Origin: Treponemataceae bacterium
GTDB taxonomy: Bacteria > Spirochaetota > Spirochaetia > Treponematales > Rectinemataceae
Direction of reading: 5' to 3'
Assembly: GCA_963677895.2 (NCBI GenBank)
Contig: CAXXGJ010000018.1
Span: forward strand, 512,001 to 576,000
DNA length: 64,000 nt
The notes beneath the pieces were generated by a model that had not been told where the DNA came from, made no database searches, and was given only the letters and a program-made list of their open reading frames with translations. Below, piece after piece: positions 56,924-64,000 of this stretch; within the stretch, counting starts at the first letter, position 1, and every line of letters begins with the position of its first letter. The position numbers and the translations under genes are program-made.

Positions 56924-58873
56924 TCAGCGGTCGGCGGCCCGCACCATGCCCGCGTGCCAGGAGAGGAAGTATTCCTCGTCGGCCGGACCGCCGCCCTCCA
57001 CGTCGGCCATTACCCTGAAAACAGGCTCCGTGCCCGAGCCGCGCATCCAGAGGAAAGCCTTGGGCACTCCCGCGGCCGTCGAAAAGACAATGCGCAGGCC
57101 TCCCTGCCCCGAAGCGGCGAAATCGTCGCCTATCGCCTTTTCTACGGTGCCGTTGGACGAGAAGGCCGTCCAAGACGCTATTCCGAAACGACGATCGAGT
57201 TCGGATTTTCGTTTTTCCCATTCGACGGAGAATATGTCCCGGTAGCTGGCCTTGAGAGCTATCTTATCGGAAGTCCGAACGTGTAGCGCCGCCCTCTCCT
57301 CGAAGACGCTCGTGGTGGCCCATACCGGCAGGCTCGCGATGACATCGGCAAGGTCGTAATCGTCCCTGTATTCCGATTCCTTTCCGCAGGCCTTGAGCCA
57401 GAGACGGAAAAGACCCGGGCTGTCCGGCAGGTCAGGCAGGCGCAGGAGACGGATCATGGCGCCTAAGGTGGAAAGCGGGTCCCGCACCTTCGAAGGATGC
57501 GTTATCGTGCCTCCGTTCGATCCCTCGCCCAGGATGCGCACGGTCCAGCCCTCGCGGCGGAGATTCTCGGCAAGGTTCACGACGTTCGCCTCGCCCGTTT
57601 CCGATCTGAATACGGAGGCGCCGAAATAGCCGGCGATGCGCTCTATGCGCATGCTCGTCGCGTCGTTCACGACGACGGCGATCTTTCCTGATTTAAGCGC
57701 CGCGAGTTCGGCCAGACAGGATAGGGAGAACACTTCCTGGGCTTCCAGCATGCGCGCCTTTCCCTGGGCTTTGTCAAAGAAGACAAGATTGCCTCGGTCA
57801 CCGTCGCAGTCGGGTACATAGCCCAGCTGGTAGGCCGGATCTATGGCATGGGCTTCGCCCACGAGGCGCATGCAGAGCGAAAGCGATCCTCCCTCAGGCA
57901 CGATGCGGTGGCCGAAAAGTCTCGGCTGATCGTTGAAGAATTTCGTCCTGATCGACAGTCCCTCGAAGAAATCCCTGTCTATGGAAAGCGACCGGGCTGA
58001 GCCGTTGAGTTCGGCGACGATGCCCAGGGGGCGCTTCGAGCAGGCTTCGGCAAGCTGGTCCAGGCAATCGGCCTGGTCTTCCATTGCCGCTTCGCCTGTA
58101 ACGACCTCATGGGTAAAAAGGGTATAGGCGGAGACGGACTGCCTTTTCCATGCCGTGCATTCCTCGAAACAGGCGGCGATGGCTTCTTTCCCGGCTGCCG
58201 AAATCAGCGCCAAGGCTTCACGGGATGAATCTGGGGAAGCGACCGCGGCCTTGAAATCGGCGATGAGCGGAGCTATCTGGCTCGCGTTCAGCACGCCGCC
58301 CGTTCCAAGGCCGAATTTTACGCCATTATGGCCGGGGGGATTGTGGCTGGCGGAGATGTAGGCGAATCCCGCGATCCTGCGGGGATCCTCGGCGGGCAGC
58401 CCGCCCGCCTTCCCCGCGAGGGCCATAATCTCCGGGGCGGAAACAATGAAACAGTAGCGCACTTCCATCCCCATGCCCAGGAGGACGCGGGCGAAAATGT
58501 CGCCCAAAGCGGGGCCGGTAGGGCGAGAATCGAGACCCAGGAGAACGGCAGGCTTCCGTCCGCCATGATTTTCCGTCGGCTGGCTCATGATGAAGTTGCC
58601 GAAGGCTCTCGCCATCAACGCCGCGAGGACGGCGTCGGCCTTCGATATATGGATGGAGAGGGAGTCGTCGGCGTCGTCGCCGGTCGACCATGAGGCCTGC
58701 GCGTCCCCGGCCAGGGGAGCCGCGAAGACCTTTCGCCAGCCCGATGCCGACAGGATCAGCGTCGAGGCGGCGCGGGCGATCTCGGTGCGGGAGGGCAGGC
58801 TTTTGGCGTCCAGGGGGAGGGGGAGAATGTCGGGATCTCCGATGTCGATACCCGTGGCGGGATGATATATCAT
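56924..58873 (-). CDS. Alpha-D-phosphohexomutase (PGM/PMM) family protein
   Basis: ISASHNP, PDCDGDR, GEGSNGG and RGSGTEP. Confidence 0.88.
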   Translation of the reverse strand: MIYHPATGIDIGDPDILPLPLDAKSLPSRTEIARAASTLILSASGWRKVFAAPLAGDAQASWSTGDDADDSLSIHISKADAVLAALMARAFGNFIMSQPTENHGGRKPAVLLGLDSRPTGPALGDIFARVLLGMGMEVRYCFIVSAPEIMALAGKAGGLPAEDPRRIAGFAYISASHNPPGHNGVKFGLGTGGVLNASQIAPLIADFKAAVASPDSSREALALISAAGKEAIAACFEECTAWKRQSVSAYTLFTHEVVTGEAAMEDQADCLDQLAEACSKRPLGIVAELNGSARSLSIDRDFFEGLSIRTKFFNDQPRLFGHRIVPEGGSLSLCMRLVGEAHAIDPAYQLGYVPDCDGDRGNLVFFDKAQGKARMLEAQEVFSLSCLAELAALKSGKIAVVVNDATSMRIERIAGYFGASVFRSETGEANVVNLAENLRREGWTVRILGEGSNGGTITHPSKVRDPLSTLGAMIRLLRLPDLPDSPGLFRLWLKACGKESEYRDDYDLADVIASLPVWATTSVFEERAALHVRTSDKIALKASYRDIFSVEWEKRKSELDRRFGIASWTAFSSNGTVEKAIGDDFAASGQGGLRIVFSTAAGVPKAFLWMRGSGTEPVFRVMADVEGGGPADEEYFLSWHAGMVRAADR

Positions 58874-59035
58874 GGACACGATGTCTCTCCTTATTGCCGC
58901 GCGGCGGTTTTTGCGTCGCACGTTGCATGCTTTTTGCTTGTTTATTGCCAGTACATTGCCAGTATACGACAAGCCTCATCCAAAAATCCATAAAACGCAT
59001 TGCGCCCGCGCGACCAAATCGATATCTTTTCGGGA

Positions 59036-60100
59036 GTGAACACCCTCAGCCTGTTGAAAAGCCTTGCCTCCGGCTTCATTCCTCTTCTCGCCTACATCGC
59101 GGCGGAACTCGTTTTCGGCGAGACAATAGGCCTTTTTGTGGGACTCGGCATCGGGATCCTCGAATTCATCATCAGCTACCTGAAGGAAAAGAAAGCCGAC
59201 CTCTTCGTCGCCGCCGATACCCTGCTGCTAGCCGCCATGGGACTCCTCTCTCTTCTCCTCCGCAATCAGATATTCTTCCGCATGAAGCCGGCCATAATGG
59301 AAGGTTTCATGGCCATCGCCATGGCCTTCCTGCTCTTTCTGCCCCCAAAAGCGCTCCAAGGGTATATGAGCCATCAGATCAAGGGAATTGTCCTGGACGA
59401 GGCAGGAATGCCGGCGCTCCGACGCAGTCTGGGCCTCATGGTGGCGGTGTTCACGCTTCATGCCGGGCTGACAACTTGGGCGGCCCTGGCCGCCAGCACC
59501 GCCCTGTGGGGCTTCGTCTCCGGCGGCCTGCTCTATATCATGCTCGGTATAGCCCTGGCGGGTCAGTGGATGACCCTACGCAAGCAAAGAAAAAACAGCC
59601 CCCAGCCCGAGCCTTTGGCCTGGTGCCTCCTCATGCTCGACGGGGCGGGGAGCCTCTACGCGGGAAAAATCCCCGGGAACGAAAGCCGATGGGACAGCCC
59701 CGCCAGAGGGAAAGCTGCCGGAGAAGCCGGCCTGGAGGCCAGTCTTGGGCAGACGCTCGCCCGGCTGGGCATCAAAGCCGCGGGAGCGGACCGCTCTTTT
59801 TCCATCCGCCCCGCCTTCATCCTCGATGCTTCGGGGAAAATCCTGCCGATATCCGCGTCGCCGGAGCCGGGCGCCGAATTGGTGCTCACCGCCACGCTTC
59901 CGCTTCAAGCCTTCCCCAAAGGCATAGACCCGACCGAACGGAGACTTTGGCCTGTTCCCGACCTCCTCGCTCTCGTCGCGACGGGCAAGCTGGCCGTTTC
60001 CTTCGAGCGGGAGCTCCTCGCGCTCTCCTTCCTGGGCAACCCTTTACGCGGCGAGGCGGGAGCAGGTATAGTGTCCGATAACAATGATGCACATATTTAA
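59036..60100 (+). CDS. YciB/IspA-like membrane protein fused to a degenerate Nudix-like domain
   Basis: N-terminal GFIPLLAYI...IFFRMKPAI TM region and a soluble C-terminal half. Confidence 0.55.
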   Translation: MNTLSLLKSLASGFIPLLAYIAAELVFGETIGLFVGLGIGILEFIISYLKEKKADLFVAADTLLLAAMGLLSLLLRNQIFFRMKPAIMEGFMAIAMAFLLFLPPKALQGYMSHQIKGIVLDEAGMPALRRSLGLMVAVFTLHAGLTTWAALAASTALWGFVSGGLLYIMLGIALAGQWMTLRKQRKNSPQPEPLAWCLLMLDGAGSLYAGKIPGNESRWDSPARGKAAGEAGLEASLGQTLARLGIKAAGADRSFSIRPAFILDASGKILPISASPEPGAELVLTATLPLQAFPKGIDPTERRLWPVPDLLALVATGKLAVSFERELLALSFLGNPLRGEAGAGIVSDNNDAHI

Positions 60101-60974
60101 CGCCCTGTTCTGGCTGCTGAGAGGAGTCAGGGTTTACGCGCTCGTAGGTTCGACAGGAACCGGAAAGAGCTTCAGGGCAAAGCTCGTGGCGCAGAAGTAT
60201 GGCATCGAGATGATCATCGACGACGGGCTTCTCATCCGCGGCGACCAGCTCGTAGCCGGCAAATCGGCGAAAAAGGAAGCGTTGTATCTCGGCGCGGTCA
60301 AGACGGCGCTCTTTCACGAAAAGAACCACCGTGACCAAGTCGCCAAGGCGCTACAGCGGGAGAAGTTCCGCAAGATACTCGTGATCGGCACCAGCGAGAA
60401 AATGGTTACCCGGATCTGCGAACGCCTTCAGATCCCGCAGCCCTTTAAAATCATCAAAATCGAGGACATCGCGACGAAAGCCGAGATCGAAAAGGCCTTG
60501 CAGTCGCGCCAAATCGAAGGCAAGCACGTGATCCCGGTTCCCGCCCTCGAAATCCGCCGCAATTACCCATCCATATTTTACGACAGCGTTCGCGTCTTCC
60601 TGAAAAGAAGCTTCGGCGCCGGCGCTTCCCTGCCCAAAATCTATGAAAAGTCAGTAGTCAGGCCCGAGTACGCCAAGAGGGGCAGGGTGGCCATTTCCGA
60701 AGCCGCCCTTTCCCAGATGGTCGTCCACTGCGTGAGCGAATTCGATCAGTCGGTCCATGTGAAAAGGCTCGCGATACGTGATGATTCCCAAGGGTACAGG
60801 ATAACGGTAGTGCTGGAAGCACCCTATGGAACGAAACTGGCCTCCAACGCCCATGCCCTGCAGGAATATATAGTAGACAGCATCGAACGCTTTACGGGCA
60901 TCCTCGTGGCTGAGGTCAACATCGTCATCGATCGGCTCACTCCCAGAAGAAAAGCTGATAAAACAAAAAAATAG
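60084..60974 (+). CDS. P-loop protein with Asp23/Gls24-like C-terminal domain
   Basis: GSTGTGKS Walker A, IIDDGLL, and C-terminal LQEYIVDSIERFTGILVAEVNIVID. Confidence 0.65.
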   Translation: MMHIFNALFWLLRGVRVYALVGSTGTGKSFRAKLVAQKYGIEMIIDDGLLIRGDQLVAGKSAKKEALYLGAVKTALFHEKNHRDQVAKALQREKFRKILVIGTSEKMVTRICERLQIPQPFKIIKIEDIATKAEIEKALQSRQIEGKHVIPVPALEIRRNYPSIFYDSVRVFLKRSFGAGASLPKIYEKSVVRPEYAKRGRVAISEAALSQMVVHCVSEFDQSVHVKRLAIRDDSQGYRITVVLEAPYGTKLASNAHALQEYIVDSIERFTGILVAEVNIVIDRLTPRRKADKTKK

Positions 60975-61011
60975 ATCGGTTTCCGCGAAGCCGAATGAAG
61001 TTGCCGGCGTA

Positions 61012-61040
61012 TTGACGACCTCGAAAGAACCGTGTACTAT
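61012..61040 (+). promoter_or_regulatory. Sigma70 promoter of the bS22 gene
   Basis: TTGACG-N17-TACTAT. Confidence 0.7.
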
Positions 61041-61101
61041 TGGCTTTGTTGCGTGATGAATGAGCCTCATTACGCATCAAACGTATCCAAGGAGAACCGT
61101 C

Positions 61102-61197
61102 GTGCCCTGTGGTAGAAAACGAAAGCTTAAGAAAATAGCGACGCATAAGAGAAAGAAGAAGAGAAGACTCAATAGACACAAGACCAGAGTCTCCTGA
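61102..61197 (+). CDS. 30S ribosomal protein bS22 (31 aa, missed by the ORF track)
   Basis: AAGGAG RBS and GTG start. MPCGRKRKLKKIATHKRKKKRRLNRHKTRVS. Has its own promoter and terminator. Confidence 0.88.
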   Translation: MPCGRKRKLKKIATHKRKKKRRLNRHKTRVS

Positions 61198-61215
61198 CAA
61201 TCGTTATTTTCATGG

Positions 61216-61244
61216 AAAAGCTGTCCTGACGGGCAGCTTTTTTT
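61216..61244 (+). terminator. Intrinsic terminator
   Basis: AAAAGCTGTCC-TGAC-GGGCAGCTTTTTTT. Confidence 0.85.
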
Positions 61245-61352
61245 ATTTGGCGACCCGAGAGCGCCGTAAGGCCGAAAGTCTTGTCCCTCGCGGCGCTATA
61301 GCCTTATAATCTTCATGAATCTCAATTCTTCAATGGAAGCAGGTGGTTGAAT

Positions 61353-62315
61353 ATGAACGAACTCCTGAAAAAGATTTCCGATTTCGGCATAGTGCCCGTC
61401 GTAAAGCTGGATGACGCGAAGGACGCCCTGCCGCTGGCGAAAGCCCTTTACGAAGGCGGCCTGCCCCTGGCCGAAATCACCTTCCGTACATCGGCCGCCG
61501 AAGAGGCGATCCGCAGGCTCAGCGCGCAAATGCCGGAAATGCTCGTCGGCGCGGGCACCGTCCTCACGCGGGAACAGGCCGACAAGGCCATCGCCGCCGG
61601 CGCGAAATTCATCGTCACGCCCGGCTTCAACGGCAAAATCGTCGAGCACTGCATCGCGAAAGGCGTTCCCATAGTACCGGGCTGCTCCGGCCCAAGCGAC
61701 ATGGAAGCCGCGATGGAACTGGGCCTCGACGTGGTCAAATTCTTCCCGGCCGAGCAGGCTGGCGGCGTGGAGTACCTCAAGGCCGTTTCGGGACCCTATC
61801 CCAACCTGAAATTCATGCCCACCGGCGGCATCAATGCCCAAAACCTCAACGACTACCTCTCGCTCAAAAATGTGCTGGCCTGCGGCGGCTCGTGGATGGT
61901 AAAGGCCGACCTTGTCGGCGCGGGAGACTTCGCGGCGATAACCGAACTCACGAAGCAAGCGGTGAGCAGCATGCTCGGATTCGGCCTCCTCCATATCGGC
62001 GTCAACGCCATAAGCGAGGAAAGCGCGGCGGAGATAGCCGGAGTCTATAGGGACAGGTTCAACATGAGCTACCGCGCGGGAAAAAGCTCCATTTTCGCCG
62101 GCGAAATCCTGGAAGTGATGAAAAAACCCGGCGCCGGAAAACTCGGCCACATCGGCATCACCACCAACTACATCGAGCGCGCCATCGCCCATTTCAAGCT
62201 TCGCGGCATAGCCCTGGACGAGAATTCCAGGAAGTACAACGACGCGGGCAAACTGGTTGCCATTTTCTTCACCGACGAGCCGGGTGGTTTCGCCATCCAC
62301 CTCACCCAAGTCTAG
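61353..62315 (+). CDS. eda: KDPG/KHG aldolase with C-terminal VOC-like extension
   Basis: AEITFRT, GAGTVL, VKFFPAE, PTGGI and GGSW. Confidence 0.92.
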   Translation: MNELLKKISDFGIVPVVKLDDAKDALPLAKALYEGGLPLAEITFRTSAAEEAIRRLSAQMPEMLVGAGTVLTREQADKAIAAGAKFIVTPGFNGKIVEHCIAKGVPIVPGCSGPSDMEAAMELGLDVVKFFPAEQAGGVEYLKAVSGPYPNLKFMPTGGINAQNLNDYLSLKNVLACGGSWMVKADLVGAGDFAAITELTKQAVSSMLGFGLLHIGVNAISEESAAEIAGVYRDRFNMSYRAGKSSIFAGEILEVMKKPGAGKLGHIGITTNYIERAIAHFKLRGIALDENSRKYNDAGKLVAIFFTDEPGGFAIHLTQV

Positions 62316-62455
62316 CGAATACAACAAAAATACAGCCTCCATCGACGAAGCCCGTTTCAATTATTGAAACGGGCTTTCATTTTTACAGAAAACACTCTTG
62401 TCAAATTTTGAAACAATGGTATACTCTGGTGAAACGACACGAAGGAAGGAACAAG

Positions 62456-63529
62456 ATGGCGCAATCCGTTCTCGTGATAAACCCGGGCTCCACCTCCACC
62501 AAGATCGCCGTGTTTGAAGGCGGCGGGAGGATCTTCGATCATTCGCTGAGCCATTCCTCCGAAGAACTGAAACCTTTTCCCACCATCGCCTCCCAATATG
62601 AATTCCGCAAGCTAGCCATCCTGGAAGTTCTCGCGGCCAAGGGCTTCAACGTGGGCAAGCTGGTCGCCGTCGTGGGCAGGGGAGGGGTCCTCCATCCCAT
62701 CCCGAGCGGCGTCTACCGCGTCAACGAAGCGATGAAAGCCGATATCCTCGCGGCCAAATACGGCGAACACGCGTCCAACCTGGGCGCGCTCATCGCCGAC
62801 GACATCGCCGCCGAACTCGGAATCCCCGCCTATATCGCCGATCCCGTGGTCGTGGACGAACTCTCCGACGTCGCGAGGGTTTCGGGCCACAAGCTTTTTC
62901 AGAGAATTTCCATATTCCATGCCTTGAATCAGAAAGCCGTGGCCAGGCGCTATGCCGCCGAACAGGGCAAGAAATACGAATCCCTGAGCCTCATCGTCGT
63001 CCATATGGGCGGAGGCGTCTCGATCGGACTGCATAGACAGGGCCTTGTCGAGGACGTCAACCAGGCATTGAGCGGCGAAGGTCCCTTCAGCCCCGAACGC
63101 TCGGGCACCCTTCCCGTGAACCAGCTGGCCAAGCTCTGCTTTTCCGGCAAATACAGCGAGAAGGAAGTCATGAAGATGATATCCGGCGCGGGCGGCATGG
63201 TGAGCTTCCTCGGCACCAACGACATGAGAGAGGTGGAAAAGCTGCGCCTCGCGGGCGATCCGGCCGCCACCCTCTATTTCAACGCCTTCGTCTACCAGGT
63301 CGGGAAGACCATCGGCGCCATGGCCGCCGCCGCGAAGGGCAGGGTGGACGCCATCATCCTCACCGGCGGCATCGCCCACGACAAGGACGTCGTCGCCGGT
63401 CTGAAGGAAATGTGTTCCTTCATCGCTCCCTTCACGGTCTATCCCGGCGAGGGAGAGCTCGAGGCCCTGGCCCAGGCTGGCCTGGGCGCCATCAACGGCA
63501 CGAGGCCGGTTTTGGAGTATAAAGCATGA
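62456..63529 (+). CDS. buk: Butyrate kinase
   Basis: INPGSTSTK, HASNLG, HALNQKA and GPFSPERSG. Confidence 0.95.
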   Translation: MAQSVLVINPGSTSTKIAVFEGGGRIFDHSLSHSSEELKPFPTIASQYEFRKLAILEVLAAKGFNVGKLVAVVGRGGVLHPIPSGVYRVNEAMKADILAAKYGEHASNLGALIADDIAAELGIPAYIADPVVVDELSDVARVSGHKLFQRISIFHALNQKAVARRYAAEQGKKYESLSLIVVHMGGGVSIGLHRQGLVEDVNQALSGEGPFSPERSGTLPVNQLAKLCFSGKYSEKEVMKMISGAGGMVSFLGTNDMREVEKLRLAGDPAATLYFNAFVYQVGKTIGAMAAAAKGRVDAIILTGGIAHDKDVVAGLKEMCSFIAPFTVYPGEGELEALAQAGLGAINGTRPVLEYKA

Positions 63530-64000
63530 AATATATTTCCGAATTGTTGCAGGCTGCCGCGTCCGCCGGGCGCATGAAACTGGCGGTGGCCTCGGCGCAG
63601 GAAGCCTCCGTCCTGGAAGCAGTCGTCGACGCCTACGCGGCGGGCATAGCCGAACCGATCCTCGTCGGCGATCCCGAGGCCATCGCGGCGGCGGCGGCCG
63701 AGGCCAGAGGCGGCAAGGGCGTGGATATTTCGGCCTTCGAGATAGTTCCCGTCAAGGATCTCTACGCTTCCGCCGCCAAGGCCGTGGAATTGGTCAGGAC
63801 GGGCAGGGCGGGATTCCTCATGAAAGGCATCATCGACACGGCCCCCCTGCTCAAGGCGGTGCTCAACAAGGAGACGGGAATCAACGCCGGGCATCTCGCC
63901 AGCCACGTGGCCGTCATGGAAGTGCCTACCTACCACAAACTCCTCGTCATCACCGACGCGGCCATCAATATCGCCCCCGATCTTCCTGGATTCGTCGACA
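63526..64000 (+). CDS. ptb: Phosphate butyryltransferase, runs off the window
   Basis: ATG overlapping the buk stop. KLAVASAQE, EPILVGD, LMKGIIDT, SHVAV and TDAAINIAPD. Confidence 0.9.
   Translation, partial: MKYISELLQAAASAGRMKLAVASAQEASVLEAVVDAYAAGIAEPILVGDPEAIAAAAAEARGGKGVDISAFEIVPVKDLYASAAKAVELVRTGRAGFLMKGIIDTAPLLKAVLNKETGINAGHLASHVAVMEVPTYHKLLVITDAAINIAPDLPGFVD

Overview
A 64 kb GC-rich bacterial chromosomal segment. It is probably from a free-living anaerobic spirochaete, inferred from a Borrelia-like bS22, a long-form Upp, a PUR-domain protein and an insert-bearing RecJ. The backbone carries TRAP permeases, a DUF2264 gene, sodA, tRNA-Gln/tRNA-Glu, a 10-gene sugar-derivative catabolic operon, recJ, pdp, recO, a nucleoside ABC transporter, pduL, upp, nudC, infA, trxB, nagZ, rnhB, a phosphohexomutase, eda, buk and ptb. 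The most notable region is an AT-richer island at the 3' end of tRNA-Glu(CTC), bounded by a 16-bp direct repeat (7530-7545 / 19848-19863), with no integrase visible. It carries a ZU5-RHS polymorphic toxin with an unrecognised membrane-type C-terminus and a 2-TM candidate immunity gene, immediately followed by a canonical integron attC site. Three further degenerate attC-like sites occur in the island: two close fic and serine-hydrolase cassette-like units, and one is inverted. The island also holds an IS3 remnant and a duplicated, phage-like end module. A possible second, older tandem segment (GNAT, Mef-like MFS, MerR) lies at about 4740-7530. Two single-base frameshifts (an ABC permease and recJ) may be assembly errors. 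A 31-aa ribosomal protein bS22 gene missed by the ORF track was found. All calls come from reading motifs by eye; no searches were run.
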